Shown piece after piece: positions 1-13,570 of a stretch of DNA of 64,000 nt. Positions within the stretch are counted from its first letter, which is position 1. Each line of letters begins with the position of its first letter. The position numbers and the translations under genes were made by a program. A model generated the notes under the pieces. It made no database searches. It was not told the DNA's origin and worked only from the letters and a program-made list of their open reading frames with translations. The DNA comes from Protoeuglena noctilucae (taxonomy: Eukaryota), in contig OY253681.1 of assembly GCA_958009085.1 (NCBI GenBank), positions 558,001 through 622,000 of the forward strand. The letters are read 5' to 3'.

Positions 1-374
1 GGCCCGGCGGGCCAGCCCCGGCAGGGAGACGGGAGGCAGACGGCGCGGATGACCAGAACACGCGAAAGGACGCGCTCAGCGGTAAGACTCGAGCGAAGTG
101 GTTTGCGTCGCGTGATTTGATGGGTCAAGTCGTCACCAGAATCTCGAAACGGCGCGTGTGCTGCACAGGGTCGGACGGGGTGGCTGCGCGTCGAATCCCT
201 TCGAGGACACCCGCGATGGACAGACACTCGGGCTCTTTTACGCTCGTGAGCAGCGACGCTGCTGAACTTGCGGCTTGCTATGCCGTCCCACTGGCCGCGA
301 CATGCACAGCACGCGTGGCTAGTGCGCGGGAAACACAGGACATGCCGAGGCACAGACGGGCTAGATACGGTGCG

Positions 375-3300
375 TCATATCCACGGCATCCACCAGATGT
401 ACATGCCCCCCAGGTTGTCCTTGTCGACGGCTTCCTGGATGAGCCGGTGGACGTGCCCCTCCACGGACAGAGACAGGCTGGGTATGGATGCGACTCCAAT
501 GAGCGTGCCGTTGATACGGCCCTGGATCTGCCGCAGCGCATCGAGCGCAGCCGGGTTCTCCCCCTCCGCCGCCCTGCGTGCTGCGTCCTCCTCGGGCCGT
601 GGGGACTTGCTGCTCCTCCAGCTCCAGTCGACGAGCGGGTCGTGGACAAAGCTCTCCGCCACGGACATGACGGTGTCCCGGTTTGCGCGGAGGGCCGCCA
701 GCGTCATCTCGCACACCTTGCGATACGAGCCCTCCACGCCCGTCACCCCCATCGCGTCCACCACGTTCTGGGTCAGCCGGAACGGCACCAGCTCCGGCTT
801 CTCGAGCGTCAGGCCCTGCGGCAGTGGGCGTGTTGCGAGCCTGCTCACGGGCCGCCCGCTGCACACCTCTGCACATCTCCGTGCAGCCACCTGCGGCACG
901 CGTCTCCGGGCACTGTCCCCAGGCTCACCTTGTCGAAGAGACACCCGAAGTCGATCATGACGGCGTCGCCGGAGCTCGCGTCGATGAGGATGTTCTCGCC
1001 GTGGCGGTCCCCCAGTCCCACGACGTGGCCGACCATCGACCACACCGCAGTCGTGCACGTGAAGTTCTTCCGGGCTTGCAGCCACTTGGACGGCTCGAAG
1101 TAGCGGGAAATAAACCACCTGGGTGCAGATGCACAGCGTTCGGTCTCATGAAGAGCCTCGCAAAGCACGGCCGCACCGACGTGCATCTCAGCCACTCACT
1201 TGTGGAGGCGGGGAGGGAACCGGGACAATACCTCGTCCAGAATGTCTGACGACCTTTTCTTCGCTGCAATGCCCTTGTTGTAGATGTCCTGGACCTCCTC
1301 ATTTGTTTTCCTGGAGACGAGGGCAGCACAAGGAACAGCTTGGCGGCCTGCAGCACACATGTCAAGGCACCAGCAGTGCTTGCAGAGTCGGCTTCTCACC
1401 GCCCATCGTACATCCCATCGAGCACGTACACCTCCTGGCAGCAATTGCGGAAGCCGCTCGTCCGCTTCACCCACTCGACCAGCCCCGAGTCCTCGACCAG
1501 CGGCGCCACGTAGTAAGTCCGCATCTTCAGCGAGCGCTGCCTTGCGGCGGGATCTCTGGCAAACACGCGGTTCATGACCGACGCCATCTCCATCATCCTG
1601 TCGCACGGGGACGAGGCAGGAAGGCATATCGCAAGCTGAGAAGGTGTGGGGTTGGAAGAAGAAGAAGGCACGAAGAAGCCAATCATCGCCTCACCGTGTG
1701 TCCTTTCGAAGGTCGTCCTTTGGCTTCGCCAAGAACCAGTATTCCTCCCCGTCCGAGCCTCGCACGCGGATCTTCTTGGGGCGCATGAGCGATGCCAGCA
1801 ACTCAATCGCGTCCTCCACCCCGTGGAAGGACACGCTGACGGGGAAGGCCACGTGCTTGTCGTCCGCGGGAGGAGCGCTGTCGGGCGGGAGGACCAGGTT
1901 CATCGTCTGGCGAATGGGCAGGAGCACGCTGCACGGCAGAGCACGCTCGAACTCGGGGAGGTTGGCTCTGCGGGAAGAGGCGAAGGACTTCTCAGCGCTG
2001 GCGCAATCCAGGGCCACACGAGTTCCAGACGGTTTAGAGCTTACTTGAAGGACAGCGTTTTGACCGTCTTGGGTGCAGGCAGAGTGCAGAGTTGCTGCAG
2101 TCGGCTGTGCAGGACTTCAAACTCCGCGAATATGGACGGGGATGCTTGCCGGCGCTGGTCTGACTTGGCGCTCTGGAGGACCTCCAAGACGCGCTCTTTC
2201 CGCACCTCTGCGTAAAAGGACAAGCTAGGTGTGACGGACCGGCTGTGCCGAGTGTCTTGAAGTCATCGGACCCGCAGGCCATGACAATACGAATGACAAT
2301 GCGACTCACTTGACTGGGAGCGGACGCTGGAGGCTAGCATCCACAGAGCCTGGCCGGGATACTGCCGCGTGGCCCGCACGAGGATGGACTTCGCGACGCC
2401 GTAGATGTCCTGGTGCTGGTGGACGATGCGCGAGACGAGCTGAGGAAGGACGGACAGCCACAGGTACACAGGGACACCCTTCGCGTGTGTGCGGAGGGCC
2501 TTGACGACCTCGGTCACGTCGCTGCGCCGTTGCACCTTGCTGCGTGTCGCAAATGCGCGTGCATCTGCACCAGTAGACGGCTCAGCCTCGGCGGCTTGCG
2601 GGGACCCCGCGAGGAAGAAGACGGTGAGCATGCGTGGCAGTGCCTGGAAAGTAACTTCGGACCCAAACACAACAGCCTGGCAGTAGCTGCTAATGACGGC
2701 AGGCGCGTACTCGGCCCAAGGCCTCTCAAAGTGCACGCTGATCTTGGACTTGGAGCCGAAGCGCAGCCCCGCCTCAGGCACTCCGGCGTTCTGCAGCTGC
2801 CGCTGCCGCGCCCCCTCCATCAGAGCATCGGTGTACTTGGCCAGCTCAAAGTACGGCCGATGCCACGCTGGGCTCGCTTTTTTACTCTCGTCGAACAGGC
2901 CCATCACCTCTTCGTGACCGCCTTGGCCTGTCTCTGCCTTCCAGACGGCGAGATGCAACGCCACCTCGGCGCGCCCTCGCGCGGCTTCCGTGTCCTCTGC
3001 CATCGGTCGGGTGCTCCCCAGGGCATTTCCCGCGCGAATGTCAGCCAGAGCGTGCTCGAGAAGCTTGATAGCCCTGTCTGGGTGATCCCTGGCCCACATG
3101 AGCCTGGCGACTTCGACCACGGCTCCTGGAGCTTCCTCCCGCATGGCCTCCAGCGCGCATATGTCGGCCACCTCCAGATGCCTCGCCTCTCGGCAAGCGC
3201 GAGCCCGCTGCAAGCTGAGCTCGCCGGAGAGCCCGGGCACGCCGAGGAGACGTGCCATCTTTTCTCGAGCCTCGAGCACGGGCTCCTGCGTGGCCAAGGC

Positions 3301-6300
3301 CTGCTCCGTCAAGGCCAGCCGCAGGCCCCAGCGCAAAACGCCTTCAAGCTCCCTGCGCGACGGCTCCCGCCCCGGAACCAAGAACATCACAGCCGCCTCT
3401 TCCAGCTCTTGCAGCACATGGAGCCGCACCAGCAGCGGGTACGCCCGGCTGTACGACTCCATCGTCGCGGCGGATAGCGGCCGCATGACCTCTCTCCGTG
3501 CCGATGCGAGAACATCTGCCAGTCCCTCCGCATCCCCACGCCGTGCGGCAGACAGGATCTCCCCAACCTGTACCTCCCACCCCTCATCTGCACCGAGTCC
3601 AGACGTGCCACCCTTTCCCGCACGACCCGCCCCAGCATCCTCCAGGAACTCGTCAAGGTCGTCCCACTGCGCCATGCGCCATGCTGCAGCTGCTCCCCAG
3701 CTCGCAAGCTCCCTGGCGTTTCCCTGGCCCACCTCCCCGCACGCAGCGAGCCCGTTCACGTCGTGCAGCACTTGCTCCTGCTGCCCCAAGCGCAGCATGC
3801 ACCGCAGTTGGCCCCGCCGCAAGGGCCACATGTCCGCACCGGCCGCCCTCGCCGTGTGAGCCGCCTGACCATACAGCGCCAGGGCACGAGAGAAATGCCC
3901 GGTCTTCTCCGCAAGGAGTATCTGCAGGTCCAGAGACAGCGGGCCGCTCTGCAGCGCCTGCACGCCCGCCAGGCCATCAGGCTCGTCCAACGCAGCGTAC
4001 ACGCGCTGCAAGAAGGCGACATCGCCGGGCTCAAAGGTCGCCTGCACGAGAGCTGCAGGGTTCAGCCCTGTTCCGGCGTTGCCCCTCGTGCCACGCATGT
4101 GCCGCTCCAGGTACAAGAGGGCGCGCTCGTGCGCCCCGCACGCATAGCTTGCCCGAGCTAGGAGGCCCAGGTCCACGGACCTCAGCAAGTTCTCGAGCTC
4201 CTCGGCATCGCCAGGGGACAGGTCACCTGAAGCAGGGAAGGTTAGACTGCTACCGCTCCCTGAACGGCTCGCGCGGCGCTGCTCCAGCTGGCACATGTAC
4301 ACGTAACGCCCTATGGTGTCGAGAAGACCAAAGACGGCTTGCAGCGCCAGCGGGTCTACGGCATCCGGGCCCTGCTGGGCGTGAAGCAGAACAGCAACAA
4401 TCTCCTCGCGAATTCGGTCCGCTGCAGCTGTGCCCTTGGCGCCGCTCGCCACCACCTGGCAAGCCACGTGGTGCAAAGCATAAAGCATGAGCTGGACATC
4501 ATGGTGCAGCAGGCCGCGCAGAGCATCAAATGCGCTCTTCCACGGCCCCGGGTCTACAAAGTCCATGAGCTGGCGAATCCACGCGTGCAGCCAGGCCCGG
4601 AAGCTCAGGGTCGGCGAGAAAAGGACACCCTGATCGCTGGGGCGCGGGGCCTCGCCCCGGAATTTGGACTCTAGAAAGGGTCTGACTACCGGCTGGACGT
4701 CGGCCCGTAGGACATCAAACAGCTGCCTCTCGCCGGGCTCGTACTCGAGCTGCAGCAGGGTCTGCACCGCAAGCATCGCGTTGGACAGTACGGAAAGGCT
4801 GGGTGTGACGCGGAGGAGTCTCACCAAATGTTGTTCTGCCACGTCTTTGGCAAAGAAAAGGGGCCGCGTGTGCAGCACGAGATCTCGTGCCAGGCGAACG
4901 GGCAGGCGTGCGGGGTCGATGGCCCCCAGGACGCCCAGACACTCTGCGCATCGCAGCTGTATGCGTCGACCCATGTCACTGGGACTGTCAGCGCTGGCGC
5001 AAGCCAAGAGCCCCCGAACCAAACGAAAAATGGCTTCCCCAGGGTGCTTACGAGTCGCGCGACTGTTGCCGTCAGGCTTCCCGCCAGGCTGGGAGTCACC
5101 GACCACGAGATCGGTGGCGCTCGGAAGGGCCTCCAGCTGCCTCGCCACGGCAGCGGCAAAGGGCCCGGCGCCCCGCAAGTGGTGCAGCAGCTCACCCAGG
5201 CTCGCCAACCGGACGCTCTCTGCTTCGTGCTCCAGGCCTTCCGAAAGGAGGGCGACCTGCTCCATCGCTGTCAAGTTGCCACGTGCGTGGCTCAGAGTAG
5301 CGTTGACCTCGTCGAGGCCATCGACACTTGTGAGTGGCGGCAAGCGCTGGAGGGCCTCCTGCCCGACAGCAGCCCCATTATCGATGACAAGCCGATGCAT
5401 GACCCGAGCCGCCGCGTCCCGCGACGGTGACGTGTCGTCGAGTAATGGCAAGAGAACGACCACGATGTGGCTCGCCATACGCGCCAGCTCCGCTCGCGCA
5501 TGCGCAGCCAGAGTATCGACCAGCACCGCCCATGCACCAAGAGATGCGCTGCGCACAGCCGCACCCTGCAACGTCAACGCCCGCGTCAGGAGCGCCGAGA
5601 ACTGCGGCGCAACTTCCGTGACTTGGGCGCCGGCAAAGGAGACCAGCATGGCCATGACGCGAACAGCGCGCACGGTGTCTGCCGCCCCTGTGGGAGGGGC
5701 CCCAAGCGGTGCCAGGTTTCGCGGCACTCTCCCATCGCAGTAGTCACTGGCGTAATGCAGCATCTCCATGATGCGAGAGTCCTTCATCAAGAACTTCTGC
5801 GTCGTAGAAGGACACACCGGGAAGCATGAGGATCTGTGGGGGAAGTGCAAGCAGCTGTCTCATGCCTACTGAGGCCCACCTGGATGACGGCCATGTGCCC
5901 CTTCTTTTCGCCTTTCCTCCCCATAAGCTCTTCCTCGAGCATGTGGCAGAGGACGGGGGCCAGCGCTGCCCCGCAATCAGCCACCTCCTGGGCTGGCAGG
6001 GTCAGCTTGTTGGACAAAGCTTGGAAGGCGGGGTTATCAGCCACAAGCCAGAGCACTTCCCAAAAGAGCTTCGTCAGGCCGCCAGAAAGAAGCTCTGCGA
6101 AACGCGCGCGGTCCTCTCCCTCCCCAAGCCCCTCAATAAAGCTCAACGTCTCGCCGAGGCGCTCGGCACCGTCAGAGCGTCCGACCCGCTCGTACACCAG
6201 CCTCCCGATGGCCACGTGCAAGAAGTTCTGCACCAAAACCCACTCCGGATTGCTGCCCTCGTACCGCAGGTGCCACGCGAGGTGACGGAGGCTAGTCCTG

Positions 6301-9300
6301 TCGCCAAGAGCGCACAGCCGGGGCAGGACGACCGGCAGGAGGAAGGCGGCCAGCGCCACTCCGGGGCCAGACGCGATCGCGGCACGACGCCCCTGCCACG
6401 TCTCAACTTGAACTAGCTCTGCCAGCTCGTGGAAAAGAGCTGGACGGCTTTCGAGGTTGCGAGTGATGTACTCGAGGACCCAGGGCTGCCCTCGGAGGTA
6501 AGAGGCGACCGAGTTGCCCTGTGCACGGGCAATGTTGCTCAAAAGCTGGCCAGCAACGGCGCTGACAAGGCCCAGCGCCTCGGCGTCCAGTTGCTCAGGG
6601 TCAAGCGCATCCACCAGCATGACGAGGGCTGTGGCACTGTCCTGGGGCTGCAGATCGGCAGCACTCGACACAAGCGCCGCCAGGGTGCGCAAAGCCCCCA
6701 GATACTCCCGCGGGTTTCCGCTCACCGCACCGACGAGATTTCTCAGGAAAGTGACGGGCTGCATGGCGTCCACTCCAGCAGATTGCGCATCGGGCGGCAG
6801 AAGGGCGGACGCACAGGTCCGTGCGAAGATCATGACGGCAGACTGCACGTGTGCGTGGGTGGAGGTGGCGAGGGCAAGGCAGGCCTGAAGCCTTGGACGC
6901 ATGCCCTTGGCGGCCAGAGCCGCGATGTCTGGCGGGACGAGGAGGGCAGCGGCCAGCAGAGCCGCCTCCTGCACTGCGCCCTGAAGCTGCGAGCAGGCCA
7001 AAGACGCCTCGATGACCGGCCAGACAAGGTGACGCTGGCGGACGGGGCCCCCGGATCGCATCTGAGAGCTCTCGGCTTCTTGGGACTGGAGACGGCGCTC
7101 ATTGCGCTGGAGGAGGCTCTCCACGGCGTCTGCGAACACGTATCCCCACTCGGGGGCCTCCCCCCGTGCGGTGCTGGATCGAAGAAGTCCTGCTATCGTG
7201 CTGACCAGGAAGCGCACGGCGCACACGTGGGTGTGGCCAGCCGACCGCATGAGAGTCTGCGTTTGAAAGCGATTTTTGCCAGTTAGGTCCACTTGGGGGG
7301 GGTGCATTTTTGCCAGAAAAGGGCCCTGACCTCGGGCCTTACCTCGATACCCTGGCAGGTCGCTCTCAGCACTTCTGGCTCCTCGGTGCACGTGAGCTGC
7401 TTCAGAATGCGAGTGAGGCTGGCCTCCGGGTCCACGCGAGAACTCTCGGCGCCCTTGGTGGGCCTCGCTCTGCAGATCACCACACAAATATCCCGGGTTG
7501 GTGCCGCCAGGACTTCCGCCCAGTGAAGCGTCAGGGCAAGCGACGCGCTCTTGCCTGTCCTTCGGGCCTGGTGACGCCGCGTCTTTGTTTGCCAGCCACA
7601 TGGCCTGCGCCAGCCGAACTGCGTCCTCTATGACACGGCATGCGTCGCCGGCAGCGAGACGGTCGCCGTCAGCCATGCGCTCCAGCTCTTGGAATGCCAG
7701 CCCCCCTTCACCGCTCCTCAGGCCCACCACGGCACACAGAATGAAGCTCAAGTGCACGGGATCCAGCGCCTGGTTCGCCTGACCCTCCACCTCATACCGG
7801 GCCACCCGCTCCAGGAGCACACGCACGTCCTCCAGGTCGTCGCCTGCCGCCAGCACCGACAGAGCGTGGAGACACGCGAGCGCCCTCAGACTCGACACGA
7901 AGGGTTTGCTGGCCCGAGCCAATCCCAGCGTGTGTGCCAGCTCCAGCGCCGGGGAGGTGACACTGGCGACCCCTCTCCCGCCCCTTGATGCCAAGACGCA
8001 GCCCAGCATCAGCGCCTCCTCTAACTCTCTCGTGGTCAAAGTAGTCGACTCCCGAAACCTCGATCGCACCATTTCCAGGCGCGCATCCAAATACGCGCCG
8101 TGGGAGGGAAAGGTGCCCCCGGTCTGCGGCTGATCAGGGGAATGCCCTGATGCCGCTCCGGCGTTCGCAACCTCAACGCAACGATGCGCGCGGCGGTGAA
8201 GACACGACGTCGAGCCCCCTCACCTGCCAATCCCTCACGCCTGTGCGCTGGCGTTTGGCTGGTGGGTCATCTGCATCGTGCCCCGCCTCGAGGGTCGAAC
8301 CGCACTCATCGCCGGCAGTCCGCACAAGCAGCTGTGCCGCCCCAGCGTCTGGCAGGAGGTCGACGAGGGCAGGGTACAAAGCCTGGCCCCCTGCTCCCCA
8401 GGCTTCTTGTAGGAGGGCACAGCACAGAGGCTCCAGGCCGGGCAAAAGCACAGGGTTGGCTTGCAGTAGATCCGAGACGGCATATGCCAGTGCATCCAGC
8501 GAGTCTGCGGGTGAGGCAGGCGGTGGGGCCTGCCGCCGCGCCGACTTGGCTGGTCGAGCACTAGTCCAGACACGAGCTGCGAGGCCCCGCGACAAACCTG
8601 GCGAGGGCCGTGCGGAAGATACAATCCCGGCAATGGCACGCGCAGCGTCACGGGGGCAGGCCTCCAGCCCATCCCAGGAGCGCACGCCCTCCGCCAGTGC
8701 GGCAACCACGTCATGGCCAAGGCTCTGCGGAAGAAGCAAGGACAAAAGCTCTGACGCCCGGCACACCTGCGATGTGCTCTGGCACGGAGGAAATGCAGGG
8801 AGTTCGCAGGGCTCACCTCGAGAACCCCCACCCTTGCGACCGCATGCAAGGCGTCCAGCGCTGCCGCTTGGCAGTCCTTGTGGGGCCCGGAGCACCAGCG
8901 CAGCACGCCATGCAGCCGCGGCGAGGCCAGCCTGGCTTCGTTAGGAGGTAGCACCAGCGCAAGGGCGTGGAGGAGCTTGCACACGTTCACGGCAAGGGTC
9001 CTGCAGGCAGATGAGGAAGCCGCTGTTGTGACCCCTAGCAGGGCGGCACCGGGGAACAGGCGCGACCGCTTTTGCGCTTGCACTGCGGTCGCACTTACTT
9101 GGCAGACGCAGGGCTCGTGACGGTGTGAAGGAGGCCGCCCCCTGTCGCCACGGACTCGGCTGTGATGACGGCGTGGAACTCCCCCAGGATCGTCAAGGAC
9201 ATCTCAGCCCCGGGATACTGCGTCAGCAGCTCCTCACACAGCGCGAGATCCTGCGCGGCAAGGTACGCACATACATCCACACCGGCCGGCAGGTGTTGCA

Positions 9301-9982
9301 GCATGCATGCAGCCGCTGGGGGCGCAGCGTCACCTCCAACAGGTTGACGAGGTCGGAGAAGAGCGCAAGCCCCTCGCGGCTCGCGTTCGCCCCCAAGATC
9401 CCGAACAGCAGGAACAGGGCGTTGAGGGTGCTGCCGTGGGCCGGCTGCAGAAGCGGCTCCTTCAGGGTCGGAAGCAGCCTGCAGGTGTGTGGACGGTGGG
9501 GGCTGCCAGGTGCGGGCTCTCCATCGGATCGCGTGCACACTGTCCCGCGTCCCAGTGCATCGCACCTGCTGGCGACCGTCCAGGCCTTGATGCGGTGCTC
9601 CCCGGCAAGCATGGTGGGGAAGCGGCTTAGCGCATGGACGACCAGCTTGACGAGCGATATGACGGACTTGACACGGCCCTGAAGTTTCCGCATGCCATCC
9701 GCGTCAAGAGGGCGGCTCAGCGCCGCTGCGTGGGCGCCGGAGGGGCAGTGACCGGCCGAGGCGCTCGCCTGGCTTACAGATGCCACTGCAGCCGGCCCGC
9801 GACTCGCCTAGAGGCGACATGACGCTGTCCACCAGCTTGACCATCACTTCACGCATTCGGTCGTCGAAGGCCGGCTCGAGGGGTCTCTCTGCCGGGGCAG
9901 CACCAAGCCCCAGCGTGAACTCATGGAGCAGGGCGGCAATCTCCGGGCCCGCGCCGCCCGAGCTTGCTGATGCGCTTGACAT
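375..9982 (-). CDS. ATR: Serine/threonine kinase ATR (PIKK; HEAT/UME, FAT, kinase, FATC), multi-exon
   Basis: Kinase motifs SLMRPKKIRVRGSDG..FLAKPKDDLRKD, VGHVVGLGDRHGENIL, IDFGCLFDK, PELVPFRLTQNVVDAMG; FATC LIQEAVDKDNLGGMYIWWMPWI*; FAT-region CAECLGVLGAIDP, LDEPDG, LPQLVSRIVH. Start MSSASASS at 9982 is inferred. Confidence 0.93.
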
Positions 9983-10419
9983 GAGTTAAACAGCAGCTGT
10001 CAGTGTCATCCCGGGCCCCGGGGCGTCATGTGCGGCGGGTCCGCCCAGCGCAGCCCAGCGCGTCCAACACGAGGGCCGGAAGAACAGATCTGAAAGGATG
10101 TGCAGAAAGATGGTAGCGGCCAGGACTGTGGGGCAATGCGAGTGAGCTCCGTCAACGCGAAACCGGGGCAGACGAACATGCTCCGCTCGGTCCGCCGGAC
10201 TTCCGTGTCGGGCATGGTTACGTCCCGTCGCAGAGTGGGATTGCCATCAGATACCTCGAGGACGTTGGCACTCGGTTTGTTGCCAGGAGCTCTCATCTCA
10301 CGCTTAGCATCGGCGGGGCTGCGAGCCTCGGGACACTCTTGCCTCGTTTCTGAGCTTCGCAGTGCGAGGGACGGCGTGAAAGGTTGGCCAGATTCTTTAA
10401 ACGGCAAGCGTGCGTCTTC

Positions 10420-11735
10420 ATGCTAAGCGCTCCGCTGGTGGCGGGCCGCTGCGGCCACGGGGTGCGGGGCCCCCTCAGCTCTGCACCCTCGTGGGGCCCA
10501 AGACCGGCCGCGAGGCCTATCCACGGCCGCCGAGTTGTGCGGCAGACATCATCTAAGGTCAGCTATCCAACGCGACCGCGTTGGTTCAGACAGGGCCTGC
10601 ATCGAACGCTAGAGCCGGGGTTGCATCACAATCACCCACTCTCATTCTTCGCCTCCCCCGCGCAGGAGAGGGAGTCGTACACGTTCTCGAAGCAGTACAA
10701 CGACGACGTCTACTTTAAGATTCGGGCAGAGGCAGAGGCGCCCTTCAGGTCTTTTCGGCTCGTCATCTTTGGCTTCCTGGCTGCGAGTGCCCTTTCTGCG
10801 ACGCTTTTCGGGTTGCCGAGGGTCGTTGGAACGCTGGCAGGCGCGCCAAATGCCAAGGTGACTGCCGAGCCCGCACCGCTCGCGTACCAACGCGCACACG
10901 AGCAGCCTGACGCTGCCGGCCCTGCCCCCCCAGTCGGCGGCGGAGGTGGGGTTGGACATGGCCATCAACGTGGGGGGATTGGGAATCTGTGGGTACCTGG
11001 CAAAGCGGGAGCTCGACGCGAGGAAGAAGCAGATTGCGAGAATCATGCGCGAGGAGTCCCTGGGGCAGTGCCAGGTGAGCCGAGCTGCAGTGCCGTGTGT
11101 GTGCTACCGAGCGCGTGATCCCCCAGCATGCTCAATCGTTCCTGCTGTCACATTCTCCAGGTCCAGCTCTCGACGGGCAAACTGGTCCGCATGGAGAAGC
11201 TGCGTGGTTTCTCACGGTGCATCATCTTCGCTGGCACGCCCAGCCACGTCACCGCTTGCCTGGCGGCCGCCGAGCCTAACAAGGAACGGCTGCTTGAGCG
11301 CGGGGTGACCCTGGTTCCGCTTCCCCTCTTTGGGGCCGAGGAGGAGGGGGTGCCGCCGGTGCCAGAGGGGGAGGACAAGAGGTGGCGCGTCACACCTGTG
11401 AGGCTTGGGGAGTGGGAGAGCTGGCTTTTGGAGCAGATGCGACTGGCTGGTGAGAGACTGTCCCGTGCCGACCCGTGGGGCCTTCTGGCAGACGCACGGG
11501 AGAAACTTTCCACCACGCCTGGCATCGCCTTACCCTCCCTGCAGGGAAAACGGAGGCGGACGCAGCAGCCAAGGGCCTGTACATCGGTCTCCGCCTCGAC
11601 GGGCGCGTCAGGGCTTCCGGGGTGGGCATGCCGCCATTCGAGCGCTTCAGCCTCGAGCTGGCACCCGTCGGGGGCGCAGGCGCGTGGAGCGGCCTGCTCG
11701 ACGGTTTCGACGGCCGCGTGAGCATGTTTCAATAG
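10420..11735 (+). CDS. LPA1: LOW PSII ACCUMULATION 1-like (DUF3493) thylakoid protein
   Basis: KIRAEAEAPFRSFRLVIFGFLAASA, two hydrophobic segments, IARIMREESLG, and C-terminal GLYIGLRLDGRVRASGVGMPPF; Arg/Ser-rich transit-peptide-like N-terminus. Confidence 0.8.
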
Positions 11736-11810
11736 TCGCTTTACCGTCATGGCAATCGTGAGGGAAAGATGATTGTGCTGAGGAGCGGAAAGGGACAAGA
11801 AAAGTCGCCC

Positions 11811-12255
11811 TCACTCCTCCTCTGCTTTCTTGGCCGGGGGCACCCCGCAAGGGAGCAGCATCTTTTGCATGAGGTTGAACTTGACCCTGCGAGGACGCCA
11901 GGGCGGAAGCAGTTGCACAAAGAGCCCGGCCGGGGTCATCAAGTGCAGTGCAGCGCCTGTGCCTCGCCTCCCAACCGCCTCATTCTCCGCCAGCGCGAAG
12001 TACAAGACCATCCCCGAGTGCCCGATGTAAGACGCGAAGCTGTCGCGGTGCATGTTGACGGCCCACTCACTGCGAAGAGGGGGGGGCGCCCACGAAGAGC
12101 TCGCGCGCTGCGCAGCCCCAGGGACGCACTACGCGCGATCCGTCGCCTCCAAGCACTCACAATTTGGCAATGTCCGGGTGCCCCGTCCCTACGTGCTTCT
12201 GCTGGAGGTGTTCCAGCTGGGCGTAGATGTTGAAGCGGTCCATCTGCGTCGCCAT
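11811..12255 (-). CDS. SF3B5: Splicing factor 3B subunit 5 (SF3b10), 3 exons
   Basis: Spliced MATQMDRFNIYAQLEHLQQKHVGTGHPDIAKF-EWAVNMHRDSFASYIGH...AENEAVGR-VKFNLMQKMLLPCGVPP. Confidence 0.95.
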
Positions 12256-13014
12256 GGCTCTTCCCTAATGAATGACGAACGAGCGACAGCTCCGGCTGCG
12301 AAAAGGGGGGCTGGGACCCCGCGAGCGGCGCCCAATCGCACAGGCGCAGACGCGAATCGCCGCACTGCCTCCGTATCAGCGCGGCTGCGCAACCTCCCCG
12401 ATGTCCGCGCTGACACGCTCTGGGTGGGTGAGATGGTGGCGACTGACCACTCTAATTGCGCCAAGCTCTATAGACCCGGGGAAGTGTAAGAAAGGGCGTT
12501 TACCAGAGAAAGTGTGTCACGCGCATTGCGCGAGGGGGCCGTGCGACGGCGGACGAGCGCCAGTTCGGCGATCAAGTCCTCAGCGTGATCGACGGAACGC
12601 GTCGCGCGACGGCGGACGACGCGGCGGCGCCGAACGGGTCCTGCAGGGCGGCGCGGCGACCGCGCGTGCCGCGGACGGCAGCTTCGAAAGGAGAAAATGC
12701 CAGGGGCGGCGGCCGCGGGACGTCCGCGGCGCGGCAGACGCAGCGCGGAGCTAACTGCAGTGGGCAGGGATCGCGCGCGCTCCGCGGACGACGGCGACGA
12801 CCTTCGTCGCGGCGGTGACGTGTCCGTTATGACGGGGTCGATCGCACCGCGCGTGACGCGAGGGCCCGGACGTCCCGGCGACCGAGTGCCGGGCGCGCGC
12901 GGCGGTGTCGTGCCGCAGCGTTCAACGGGGGCGGTCCCGGCGGCTCCCGGCGCCGTGCGACGCGCGAGCGGCTATGCGTGGGCGGGCCGCGACGAGGACA
13001 TGGTCGGCGGCGCG

Positions 13015-13390
13015 TCACGGCGCCGCGCGGAGCGCGGCCAGCGACGCGTGGGCCGGGCGCATGTGGCGCATCGCGTGGAGGACCTGGACGATCTTGAGGT
13101 CGACCCCGCACGCCCGGAACATTTTCTTGAACTCCTCCCTGCTGTGCCTGACGAAGTGCAGCTGCGCGGCCGACTGGACGCGCGACATGGCCACGTACGC
13201 GTGGCCGCTGGCGAAGCACCCCGCGAGGTCGACGAGGACGTCGGTGGCGTACGTGCTGCCCTGGGCCTTGTGCACCGTCATGGCACCGTGCAGCGTCACG
13301 CAGTGCCTGAATATGAGGTTGGCCGACACAGCCGTGGTCGCCGTCGGGACGACGTGGAAGCCCACCCTCAGAACTTCCCGGTCCCAGCGC
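13015..13390 (-). pseudogene. C-terminal fragment of a PIF1/Helitron-type SF1B helicase, probably a mobile-element relic
   Basis: AMTVHKAQGSTYATDVLVDLAGCFASGHAYVAMSRV matches PIF1 motifs V/VI (AxTIHKSQG..T...G..YVAxSR). It is intronless and no Walker A/B region is visible upstream. Confidence 0.75.
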
Positions 13391-13570
13391 GCCCGTGCAC
13401 GACGAGGGACATTTGAGGAATGTCCCCGCCATTCCGTCGCGCCCCGACCATCTCCAGTGGCACGGCCAGCGCCGCTGAAAAGCCGTCGCACCCAGCTCTC
13501 CCACCGTCCCGAGCCTGGCCGGCCTCCACAGCACGGGCCCGGAGATCGGCCGATGCAAGGAGGACGTCCC

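Noticed and set aside
2413..5743. Long + strand ORFs antisense to ATR, and similar ones opposite UPL6, BTAF1, ChR and CEP131
   Set aside because: These are shadow ORFs caused by high GC3 and few stop codons, with no recognisable domains.
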